A DNA stretch of 63,772 nucleotides, filler included, from Octopus bimaculoides (lineage: Eukaryota): assembly GCF_001194135.2 (NCBI RefSeq). It is 7 parts of 6 records of this genome, joined end to end, with 100 filler letters (N's around TTAATTAATTAA, not from the genome) between each part and the next. Parts side by side here need not be neighbours in the genome. Positions count along the whole stretch, not along the records: positions 49,081 to 63,772 come from NC_069008.1; 6 more parts are not named here. One strand, 5' to 3'. The notes beneath the pieces are model-generated. The model was not told the DNA's origin and ran no database searches. It worked only from the letters and a program-made list of their open reading frames with translations. Positions 52,536 through 63,772 of this stretch are shown in pieces. How positions within the stretch are numbered: position 1 is the first letter of the stretch; each line of letters begins with the position of its first letter. The position numbers and the translations under genes are program-made.

Positions 52536-52746
52536 TATGAACGTAAATGCTTGTGCACAAACACATACAGTTTCATACACGCAGACACCCGCGGATGCAA
52601 GAAGAAACAAAATTGAAGATTTGATGAGATTTGGCCGTGATACATATAAACAGCAACAACGGCAAGTGGTAGGACGACAATCACAGTTATAACATCAGCC
52701 ACAATAAAACAATTATAGCCCTGGAAATAGTAACTATATATATATA

Positions 52747-52880
52747 TGAAGGCGCATGGCCTATTGGTTAGGGGGTTGCACTTACGATTACCAGATCAAG
52801 GGTTCGATGCCCAGACTGGGTGTTGCGTTGTGTTCTTGAGCAAAGAACTTCATTTCACGTTTCTCGCAGATCATTTCGTC
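52747..52880 (+). mobile_element. SINE, family B (5' part)
   Basis: gaaggcgcatggcctattggttaggg..ggttcgatgccc..gttcttgagcaaagaacttcatttcacg. Confidence 0.8.
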
Positions 52881-53804
52881 ATTAGCACACGATGCACCCG
52901 TACAAGTAATGCCGATTTGACAAAGAGAGTGAGGTTATGTGTACACAAACGTTTGAAATGAAATGAAATTGTGTGAAATCTATTTGCTGAAGTGCTGTAG
53001 CGTAGCACATGTGAAAAAAACAAATTGAATTTCAAATGAAGGCAGCTCTAATAATGTAAACATGATCGATCACACATACATTATACATGTTTTGTTTATA
53101 TGTCATTTTGCTGTGGGATAGCGTACTGGAAAAGCCCCAAAATGATGCCGAGTATTAAAGAAGACTAATTGTTCGCCCAGAGGTGAGTAAGAAGAATAGA
53201 CACACCTCAAGGCACCTCAAAATGAAATGACTCACCGATCTGGGATCACTGCAATTTAATTCGAAATTTAATTTTGTTTCACATGTGCTATTATGCCACA
53301 GTACATCAGCATATAGATCCCAAATTATTTGAGTTATCTCGTTTGGTCAAGGATTTTCAGTGTTCTTTAGCAATTGGTCTTGTGTACTCGACTTTCCCAG
53401 GACGCTACCCTCAGCAAAATGTTGAAGAACAATTTTCAGCAAATATATATGAAAATTGATTGAATAAAACCCAATTATTCTTTCCAGAAAATTTCAGATA
53501 AAACCAATCAAAAATGAGCTGGAAGAACTAAGAAATCTCAAAGAAAGAATAACTGTAGAAAATCAAAAATGGAAATTCAACTATTACAGCAGAAATGAAG
53601 AAAAAGTCAAATCTGTTGACGAATATATGGAAATGAAAATTTCGGAAAAGACTGAAGACGTTCTGTTTCATAACATAGTTATCCTCGACGTTAGGAAAGG
53701 AATGCCTCTGGATTAATAGTTACGAAAAAGAACTTCAAACAGAAAATAATGCAAATCTATTTTTAAAGAAATTTAAAGCATACCAAAGCTTATTTTATTT
53801 ATTT

Positions 53805-54260
53805 ACAAGCTTCTTCTCACGGACAGGACCGTCGATTCGGATGTAAACTGTGATCAGCTGAACAAATGAAATGCAGCAATCCACCAGAAGCGTCCACCAT
53901 TTGCTAACCATAAGGGCTCTATCTTTCATCAAGGCAATGCCAGGCTCCACATTTCTTTGCAAACGCAACAGAAGTTACTGGATCTTTGCTGGGAAGTTTT
54001 GTCGTATCTTCCATACTTGCCCAACCTTACGCCTTCAGATTCCCATTTATTTCGGTCGCTTCAAAATTCATTGAAAAGACAGACCTTCATCTCCGAAGAT
54101 GATTTAAAATTCACCTGGAAGAAATTTTCGCCTGTAAAAACAAGAAATTCTTTGATCTGTTCACAAGATGGCAGAAGACACTGGAACGAATTAGTAATTT
54201 TACCATTGATTAAATTAATCGCTTTGTGCTTGAAACTTGTGTCATGTTTTCGCTTAAAAT
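53805..54260 (+). mobile_element. Mariner transposase C-terminal relic
   Basis: TVDSDVNCDQLNK*NAAIHQKRP..IFHQGNARLH..TQQKLLDLCWEVL..PNLTPSDSHLFRSLQNSL. Confidence 0.88.
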
Positions 54261-54399
54261 AGGGCATCTATTGGTCAGCTTTCGTCACGTGATGTTACTG
54301 GTCTGGAAGAGATATATTCTTTTTTTTTTTTGAGGCGGTTCTTAGATACATGTGGATGGACAGGACGTAGGTAGGTTGTTACCACTATGTCTGGAAGCT

Positions 54400-55140
54400 G
54401 CAGCATGTTTATTTAGCGACATAAATTCGCTGAATTTGCTGCTACACATGGCAGAGCGGGATGTCGTCGTTGGTTAGTGGAGAACGAACACGAAAGCGGC
54501 AACACCATTCCTTGAAAGTAACCAGATTTGGTGGTGCTGGATTAAAATCTTATCATGTTAGGTTAAATTATCAGCATGGACGGGGTTGTAGTTTGCACGG
54601 ATGGCAGATGTTAGGTACTGTGCTTTGAGCAGCTATGGAACAGCTAGGCCAGTGGCAAAGTTCATTAATAAAGCGTACCTCTGGTGACAACGATAAGATA
54701 GTTCATTCTTCCTGTCAATGGATAATACAGGTTTGTGAGTATGTGTGGTCACTCGCGGAGGCAGAGTTGCTAATTGTGAATTCCAGGTGAGTAGGAAGGG
54801 GCAATATCAATAATACTCCATTCGATATTGGGAAAGTCGTTCCGATGGTCACGGGGTCGCTAGATAAAAGCGGCCCTGTTAAAAATTTTTCTATCCGCTG
54901 ATATTTAGAGATTTTTAAAAAAAATTATGCCTGCAATAAAGCTTCTAATTACAGCTGGGCGTGGTTCGAGGTTTTGTGGCCATACACAATTTCCTCGTAG
55001 GGCTTTCACAAAGGATAGTACTGTCCGTTTTCAGGCCTAGGATTATGTCCAGGAAATCGATCTTTGTCATACTGATGGTGACATTGAATTCTTTGAAGAT
55101 CTTTATTAGATCCTCCTGGAACTTGTTCATGTCGTGGCCG

Positions 55141-55143
<3 letters not shown>
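54400..55143 (-). mobile_element. Penelope-like element relic (RT C-terminus + GIY-YIG C-terminus, internally deleted)
   Basis: [25 protein letters not shown] (RT); IEWSIIDIAPSYSPG..QLCLRE..RKNEL..CHQR (GIY-YIG tail). The left boundary is approximate. Confidence 0.78.
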
Positions 55144-55214
<71 letters not shown>

Positions 55215-55859
55215 TACATACATATGTGTGTGTGTGTCTATGTGTGTCTGTGTGTGTGTGTGTGTGTCTATGTGTGTCTGTGTGTGTGTGTGTGTGTCTA
55301 TGTGTGTCTGTGTCTGTGTCTGGTGTGTGTCTGTGTTTCTGGGTGTGTATAAGTGCGTGTGAGTGTGTGTAAATTCCTCAGATAGTGACACTGAGTGTCA
55401 GTTAAGTTTGAGATAGAAACGGAGAGTAAAAAGTGGGTGGAGTATGGCGGAGAATCAGAGATATCGGAAGAGCGAAGTAGGGAGCTAGAAAGATTGCAAA
55501 AGAAAAATAAAGGGACAAATTATGACAGGTGGGAGAAGAAATAAATTCTTATGAAATATTGAGTCTTGTAGGAAGAGAAAGACAACCTTCGTTTAACTCT
55601 CCTCCCATCACTTACAAAGGACCTGTCAGTCGAGGAAGCAGAATTGATTCATAAACAGAGGCCATAACCCCCTAAAACCACAGCGAAATCGTTCCCAGAA
55701 AACTATATGTCAAACATAATAGCATAAGCGAACAACAATAACAACAACGATAAAAACAAGAGCAATAATAATGGGGTTGCTTCAAAAACCATTGTTGATG
55801 ATTGCTGGATGGCTGGTCGCTATGTGTGTCGGATGTGCTGGAAATACGAATGTATGCAC

Positions 55860-55934
<75 letters not shown>

Positions 55935-55936
<2 letters not shown>

Positions 55937-56030
55937 ATTATTCGGTTTAGTTCAAGATTTCTTGCCAATAAAGAATCGGTTGTTCCAAGGCTCCTTCAAC
56001 ATCAGCAACAAGGTATTTTTGTATATATGT
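55935..56030 (+). repeat. Dispersed repeat, shorter copy (paralogue at 57146-57262)
   Basis: tcattattc.gtttagttcaagatttcttgccaata..ccaaggctcct..aaca..ggtattttt shared between the two copies. Confidence 0.8.
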
Positions 56031-56034
56031 ACGC

Positions 56035-56067
<33 letters not shown>

Positions 56068-56155
56068 TGTATGTATGTATGTATGTATACATGTATGTAT
56101 GTATGTATGCATGTATGTATCTAAGCATCTAAGCATGCATGCATGTATGTATGTA

Positions 56156-56221
<66 letters not shown>

Positions 56222-56222
<1 letters not shown>

Positions 56223-56915
56223 TTGCATCTACAGGCATCAGTTCACTTAAATCAATGACCTTGAACATTCAAATGAGATGGTCTGGCCACATTGTTCGAA
56301 TGGCGGATGAACGCGCATCCAAACAGTTGTTGTATGGCGAACTTGCAGAAGGGAAACACGATCAGGGTAAACCTCATAAAAGGTTTAAGCATTATCCAAA
56401 AACCATAGAAACCGTTACTTCGGATCGAGCTGGATGGCGAACAAAAGTGTGGAGTGAAAGCTTTTGTAGAAACCAGGATGACCCATGTGAAACTCAAAAG
56501 AATTTTTTTTTTAAATGCTACGATGAAGGAGGAAATGAATTCCATCAACATTATTGTGTGCACAATTTGTGACAGATCATGCCTTTCTTTGCGGATCTAT
56601 AAAAAACGAACCTCCACTAACTATTCGGTCAATCTATCTGTGTATACCTGCCAATACCCTGTATGTCATAAGGTCTGCAAATCTAAGGGAGGCCTCAAAA
56701 GGTATTTTAAGATCCACAAAGTGCAGAACTCTTCTGCAGGTCCAAATCAGAGCTGCAATCCATGTGGGTGTCTTTTCAGAACATTGTCTAGTTTGAAAAG
56801 CCACATCAGACGTCATGAAAGGGCTAAAGTGTAGGTACAGGAGGTGGTCAAACTCTATGTAAGGAGTAGACAACCACCATGTATGTATGTATGTATGTAT
56901 GTATGTATGTATGTA
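56222..56915 (+). mobile_element. RTE LINE 3' end with three C2H2-like fingers, 3' stem-loop and (ATGT)n tail
   Basis: QMRWSGHIVRMADERASKQLLYGELAEGK..; ORF 56454-56834 contains CTICDRSCLS, CQYPVCHKVCKSKGGLKRYFKIH and CNPCGCLFRTLSSLKSHIRRH. Confidence 0.85.
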
Positions 56916-57145
56916 TTTTATTTATTTATTTATTTATCGGTTTCAGCCAAGTGGCTGTGGTCATGCTGGAGCACCACCGTGATTTTCTGTCTTTATGCTT
57001 TGCTCTCTTCACGTTCCTTGCATGGCTCTTCTCCTGCACCTGATATAGTCCAATCAAGAGTTTTGATGGCACATCTGGTGTATAAGAGAATTTGACATCG
57101 CTGCCCTAAACTGCGTCTCATTTCGAGCCATTGTATGTATGTATG

Positions 57146-57262
57146 TCATTATTCAGTTTAGTTCAAGATTTCTTGCCAATAGAGAAAAAGTCGGTTTCTA
57201 AACTAGATCCAAGGCTCCTACATTAAAATTTCAACAACATCAACAGGGTATTTTTGCATGTA
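57146..57262 (+). repeat. Dispersed repeat, longer copy (paralogue at 55935-56030)
   Basis: Direct alignment by eye. Confidence 0.8.
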
Positions 57263-57666
57263 TGTGTGTATATGTGTAATATTTGGAGTCAGTGCATGTG
57301 GAGATTTGTATGTTTTGTTTCATGTATGTATATTCATGCATATAGTTTCATGTCTATTCATGCGCTTTTATATATTTAAATAATAAACTTCTAGAAGTTT
57401 TACAGATCTTTATAGTTCCAGTGATGGATTGGATCTGTAGTCTTCGAATCATCTTTCTTCTGTCTGGTTTTCAAAATCCTGATTTCTCAGGATTAGTATT
57501 CAGTGGGTTACATACCTTATTTATGCATACATACATACATACATACATACATACATGAAAATGTGTTAGTGTATATATAACAATTTTTTCAAGCCGATCA
57601 CATGGAGGAATGGTGTTCGTCTCCATTTTGGATGAAAACACGAAAAATATATGTATGTATGTATGT

Positions 57667-57697
<31 letters not shown>

Positions 57698-57698
57698 C

Positions 57699-57735
<37 letters not shown>

Positions 57736-58291
57736 NNNNNNNNNNNNNNNNNNNNNNNNNNNNNNNNNNNNNNNNNNNNNNNNNNNNNNNNNNNNNNNNN
57801 NNNNNNNNNNNNNNNNNNNNNNNNNNNNNNNNNNNNNNNNNNNNNNNNNNNNNNNNNNNNNNNNNNNNNNNNNNNNNNNNNNNNNNNNNNNNNNNNNNNN
57901 NNNNNNNNNNNNNNNNNNNNNNNNNNNNNNNNNNNNNNNNNNNNNNNNNNNNNNNNNNNNNNNNNNNNNNNNNNNNNNNNNNNNNNNNNNNNNNNNNNNN
58001 NNNNNNNNNNNNNNNNNNNNNNNNNNNNNNNNNNNNNNNNNNNNNNNNNNNNNNNNNNNNNNNNNNNNNNNNNNNNNNNNNNNNNNNNNNNNNNNNNNNN
58101 NNNNNNNNNNNNNNNNNNNNNNNNNNNNNNNNNNNNNNNNNNNNNNNNNNNNNNNNNNNNNNNNNNNNNNNNNNNNNNNNNNNNNNNNNNNNNNNNNNNN
58201 NNNNNNNNNNNNNNNNNNNNNNNNNNNNNNNNNNNNNNNNNNNNNNNNNNNNNNNNNNNNNNNNNNNNNNNNNNNNNNNNNNNNNNNNNNN

Positions 58292-58337
<46 letters not shown>

Positions 58338-58769
58338 GTATGTGTGTATGTATGTATGTATGTAACAGAAGCTGTATTAATACGAGAAGGTCGTAGTATT
58401 TATCCTCACTTAAAAGTGTATGTTTTGTTAGAACACAGAATAATGAGTTATTTATCATGAGGCAACTGAGATTCTATGTATATCGCTGACGGGAGAATTG
58501 TTGCTGTCTCTATCCACGGGCAGGTATCAATGGTAACAGTAGTACTAACAACGAAAACAGTGAAAAACAACAACAGCAGCAACAATAATAATATATAAAA
58601 TCACGACAACTCTATCTTTTTCAAGGCCAGTTATGCATTTGATGTATAATCTGAAAGGTAAAACCCTCCAGTACAAAATTAACATAGTAAAATCAGGTAT
58701 TATGTCTCTTAGTGAAGAGGGAAAAAATAATCTCTGCACAAAAAAACATTAAATTATTGTGTGTAAATG

Positions 58770-59300
58770 CGTTTCTTGCAAGGAGAGCAAATTTGAATTT
58801 CCTACTCCAGCAGAAACAGAAAAATGCCTCCAAGATGTGTGGCCCTCGGTGTTACACTTATATAATGGAAAACAATACGGGACGCTAGCTATTATATGAA
58901 GCAGCGAACGAAAAACCAGAAGAATGGGAACTATTACTTGCACGTCCCGGACCTTTATAATGATTCTCATTATATGGGCAGAAGTTTTATTCGAATTCGA
59001 ATCAAGAACATGCTAGTTGACCGTGATCCGGCAAGAGTCTTAGCCATTCTGGAGAGCATGAAGAGATTGTGGAGCTGAAGTCCACCCCACGTCTCAACAG
59101 GACTGGAATTCTTATGAAATTCCTGGTACTATTGATAGTTTCTACAGAAGAAATAAATTGTATTCCCGATTTTTTCTGATTCGGAGAATGTGATCCGATG
59201 CCAGTGTTTACCGAGGAAAAAAACAAATGTTCCTGTGGGGGGAATACTTACCACCTCAAAGAATTTAGCCCCGTGATGGAGAAGGCACGAAGCTCTCCAT
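58770..59300 (+). mobile_element. Probable non-LTR ORF1 (gag-like, L1/Tx1-type) relic
   Basis: FEFPTPAETEKCLQDVWPSVLHL..YMGRSFIRIRIKNM..EEIVELKSTPRLN..NCIPDF..VFTEEKNKCSCGGNTYHLKE (degenerate knuckle). The family assignment is tentative. Confidence 0.45.
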
Positions 59301-60156
59301 CTTTACTTCTAACTCCACAAGAAAAATACCTTCCTCAAACATCAAGTGAGAACACTAAAACTAGCTCACGTCTGCTTCTTTTCTCTGTCCTTTTAGTAAA
59401 CAAATAAACAAGTAAATTGGCACAATACAATGTCTGCAAGTTGATGAATACCACCTATTCCCTCATTAAAGCAAAGGCTTCGTTAGATGAAGGTCCTTTG
59501 GAATCGCACCAACAGAACTTTGTCGGAGATAAGATGAAAACTGAAACTCAAATAGACAGAGGACTCTTAACATAATTTCTTTACCACCGAATGCATTTCA
59601 CTCCAAATATTGTGAGTCTCCACAGAGTTATCTGTTTTCGAAACTTGAGAAGAAAGACTTAATTTCTATGAGTGGTTTATTTCTTGACACTCCGATTTCT
59701 AATCATTTTCCAAATTATTTTAGGAATTAAAGAACGCAAGTGAAAACACACACACACACACACANNNNNNNNNNNNNNNNNNNNNNNNNNNNNNNNNNNN
59801 NNNNNNNNNNNNNNNNNNNNNNNNNNNNNNNNNNNNNNNNNNNNNNNNNNNNNNNNNNNNNNNNNNNNNNNNNNNNNNNNNNNNNNNNNNNNNNNNNNNN
59901 NNNNNNNNNNNNNNNNNNNNNNNNNNNNNNNNNNNNNNNNNAGCTCGAATGCAAGAAGAGGCAGAGATTGATTAAGCATGTTAGTTTATTGGTCGTATCG
60001 GAAACAGTGATCTTATCAAATATCAATACAAAAACAGATTCAGTGGTGGTGGTGAGGAGACGAGGACAAAACGAATGTGGTTGGTAGAAAGAGAGTACTG
60101 CGGTGGCAATATTTATACAGACGGTTGAGAGAGGGAGAGAGAGAGGAGAGAGAGGG

Positions 60157-60197
<41 letters not shown>

Positions 60198-60861
60198 ACC
60201 TTAGTTTATAGCGTCGTGGTGGTGGTACTGATGGGGTGAGAGATGAGAAATTGAGGAAATGGCAGATGAGGTTGGTAGAGAGGCAGAGAAAGGAAAAGGG
60301 AAGTGACATTGATTTAGGCAAGTTAGTTCATCGTGCAGTGGTGAAGTAAGAGTGAGGTGGGAAAGGAGGGCGAGAAGATGAGACGGAAGAGAGTAAGGAG
60401 GTGGCGGAAGTTGTAACGGAGAAAATTTACACAACTTCCGATAACCCTTACCCACCACCGTGTAACTATAACCGAGGCGGCTCATCTCATTAACATCTTT
60501 TAAACTTGGCAACTTCTCTCACGTTTGACAGTCATTATTTCTAATAAAGTAGCCACCAGGCGGCTCTTCGCCACCGGATATTGAATAAATGAGCGTCAAT
60601 TATCCACAGCGCCGTCAATTCCGTTTCACAGGATTTCTATATCATTAGGGCTGCGTGGAACAGTCTTGTTGTAATCGATAGTAATAAATGGTTTCAAGAT
60701 ATTTGGAAATGTTACTTTCAATGTATCTGAAATTACATCTTTTTTTTTTTTTGTGTATATAGTTATCACTTTATTCATCTATATTTCTAGTTAATATTTT
60801 GTTTGTCTGGTAGTCTATCTTTGCATCTTTTCTTTCTCCGTTTCTGCCAGGCTCTCTTTCT

Positions 60862-60932
<71 letters not shown>

Positions 60933-61237
60933 GACACACACATACACACACGCACACACACACACACACACACATACATACACGCACATACACACACGCA
61001 CACACACAAATACACACACACACATGTGATTTTACCTACCAAGCTGTCTCAATATCAGCCTGTCCGTGTGTTTGCTTGTCTGGCCGTCTGTCTGTTCATT
61101 TCACAGCCGTAACTATAAGCCCTTGAGATATAGAAGTTTGACTCTTCGATCTTAGCCAAAAGCGAATACAGAGTCAGCCTCACATCACCTGAGTTCACGT
61201 TCAAACACTTTGAGGTATAATAAAGTGTATATAACAT

Positions 61238-61572
61238 ATTGGTTTCAAATTTTCCCACAATTTCGTGTGAGCGGTAAGATGTATTATATTGATCCCAGTA
61301 CTTACTAGTACTTATTTCATTGACCCTGAAAGGTAAAGTGGGCCGCAGTGGAATTTGAGCTCAGAACGTTTAGACGGTCGAAACGGGCATGCTAACGATT
61401 CTGCCAGCTCACCACATGGCAAAAGTGAATTTAATGTATTGGTTTCAAATTTTGGCACAAGGACAGGGTGAGGGTTAAGTCGATTGCATCGGCCCCTGCC
61501 AGTTTTCAGACGAACGAAATGCCGCCAAGCACTTTACCTGGCGTGCTAACGATTCTGCCAGCTCGCCGCCTT
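61238..61572 (-). mobile_element. Two tandem degenerate SINE family C copies (about 61238-61415 and 61440-61572)
   Basis: Both begin ggtttcaaatttt and end gctaacgattctgccagctc. Confidence 0.8.
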
Positions 61573-62915
61573 AAAAAAATGTGGATCTACTGCAATAAAT
61601 GTTAAATAAATTTTTACTCGTTTGTAAAACCTTCGCCATTTTTAGTAATTTTCCTATCTAAATGCCCTATCATGCGTCCATATTTAGGCAAAGTAAAGAA
61701 ACCAATATTTGCATTGTTAGTGAATGTTAGAACTAGTAAAGCGATTGATTCTGCACTATTTTCTACGATCCTTTGCGGATTGAGTTCAGATCTCAATACG
61801 GTCGATCAAATAAAACAACAGGCATGCATTGATGTCGATTTAATCAATTGTGCCTCTTTCTCCATAAATGTGTAGCCTTGCATCTATGTTGAAAATCATT
61901 ATTTCCATAAGCTTAGAGGGTTTAATAAGACCGAAATATGTTAATAATGGCTTAGTTATTGCTTTTCATGTGAAAGACATCTGTGCTGTTACTCTCAAGT
62001 GTATTTTTTCTTTAGTCAGCGTTATTCAGTGTGAAGCTTATTAAAGAAATCTTGAGAAAAGACCTAGACCCCTCCAACTGAATATGTGTGTGTATATATA
62101 TATGTGTGTGTGTATATATGTGTGTGCACAGGCGTGCATGTGCGTGAGTGTCTGTGTATTCACTTCTGACGAGTGAAGTTCTTCGAGAAAAACTCATTTG
62201 TGGTTATCTTAATGCATAGCTGAAGGATTACATTAGAGTTGCTTCCATTTTTGTTTGCCTGTTTGGATTGAAAGTTGTAGATTTCATTGAACTATGTAAG
62301 AGAATTAGTACGCGTTTGAACAGAATGAAAAAGACAGTATTGTTAGAGTGATGTTATAGATGTGACTGGGCTGAGTGAAAAGATTTTGTTAGGAGGGATA
62401 TTAGTGTTGAAGATGAGTTTGGACTCATTAGGAGAGAACATGTTGTTGAGATAGTATTGGAAATATGTTACGAGGTGTTGCAGATGTGTCTAACTAGGGA
62501 GATAACTACAATGTTCAATGAAGCTGTAAATGAGGTGGAGTTTTAACGAAGACCAATTTGAATTTATAGATTTTATTAATGTTGTTCTGATTTTAATATA
62601 GCTTTCATTGAAGATGTTGAAAGGTAGTATTTTTACTACTACTGCTGCTGCTGCTTAAGCGTTTACGTAGTCGATGAACCGGTTTAGAACAGCAATCTAA
62701 TCTTACAGAAGAATATACTGGACAATGTAGTCCCGATACTCATACGAAAGAAGTGATGGTCAAGGCTAGTACGTCTTTGATTGTAGATCTGGTGGATACG
62801 TTTTCACCTTGGGACAAGCAACAACAAAAAATAAATAAATAAGGAGCCTCATAGTGGATGCTTCACCACCTAAAAATAGCAGTCAAAACTCCTTCACTCC
62901 TTCAAATAATATTCT

Positions 62916-63130
62916 AAGGTGGCGAGCTGGTAGAAATGTTAGCACGCCGGGCGAAATGCTTAACCGTATTTCGTCTGTCTTTACGTTCTGAGTTCAAATT
63001 CCGCTGAGGTCAACTTTGCTTTTCATCTTTTCGGGGTCGATAAATTAAGTACCAGTTGCGTACTGGGGTCGATCTAATCGACTGGCCCCCTTCCCCAAAA
63101 ATTTCGGGCCTTGTGCCTAGTGTAGAAACG
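62916..63130 (+). mobile_element. Full-length SINE, family C, with 12-bp TSD
   Basis: TSD aaataatattct (62904-62915) and aaataatactct (63131-63142). Confidence 0.93.
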
Positions 63131-63740
63131 AAATAATACTCTGACATCTTTAAAAATAAAGTAAAGTTACGTTGGATAAAGCTAAAGTTGCGATGGTCCC
63201 GATTTTAAGAGCGTTGCTGATATGTCTTCTTGATTCGAACTGTCCTGGGGTTAAACAACAACAACATTACTACCCCCAACCATACTACCCACTCTCTCAC
63301 TGTACACAAAGCCCCGCCTGCACTCTACATTAACATCGCCATCGTTTTCTCGTCCTTACACATTTATTCCATTAATGAAGCAATTTAGTTAATTTTGCTG
63401 AGCTTAATTGGATAAAGTGATGACTGCGATGGTGGTGTCGGTGGTAATGGGGGGGGGGGGGTGATGGTATGGTTAGTAGGAGTGATGGTGATTTAGAGGT
63501 GGGGGAGTGGTGCTACTGCTGCTGCTGGTATGGAGATGTTAGGATGATGCTGGAATTTATATTGTGTTGACCTTGATGTTAATATCGATACCGCTATGGT
63601 TTGTGATGTGGTGCTGGTGGTTGTGTTATAGTGTTTGCTGTTGAAATATAGCGATGTACTGTGGTTCTTGATGAGGTTTAGTTCCCCATCAGACATCATT
63701 CAGCAGACATTCCATTGATGACCATCTTCTCAGTTTATAA

Positions 63741-63772
<32 letters not shown>

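Noticed and set aside
62161-62200. CTGACGAG..GAAA motif
   Set aside because: Stems I and III do not pair.
63493-63699. 68-aa Ser/Thr-rich minus ORF
   Set aside because: Low-complexity GGT/GAT-rich DNA with a stop directly before the ATG.

Overview
Eukaryotic, AT-rich, repeat-saturated genomic DNA. The tRNA-derived SINE families and the microsatellite density suggest a cephalopod, probably Octopus (inference from recalled repeat families). I find no intact host protein-coding gene, rRNA, genuine tRNA or CRISPR array; most ORFs in the supplied track are microsatellite or N-gap artefacts. Six fixed 100-nt spacers (44 N + TTAATTAATTAA + 44 N) show that the window is about seven concatenated pieces, so adjacency across them is unreliable. 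The interpretable content is a transposon graveyard. DNA transposons: three mariner relics, a hAT transposase pseudogene, hAT, piggyBac-type and Tc1-type MITEs, a Tigger-like end and a Helitron-like end. Retroelements: four RTE LINE relics, a CR1-like relic, a Penelope relic, HERO-like and R4/Dong-like relics with restriction-like endonuclease, and about 25 SINE copies. The most interesting items are: (1) a ~730-bp TIR element carrying a decayed SAP + truncated SWIM ORF, itself inside a larger inverted repeat; (2) several decayed hammerhead-ribozyme-like motifs, one pair forming a family with a long helix II and a chimeric junction next to the predicted cleavage site; (3) an RTE 3' end with three C2H2-like fingers; (4) a near-perfect 33-bp-arm palindrome. 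All family assignments are by eye and need database confirmation.
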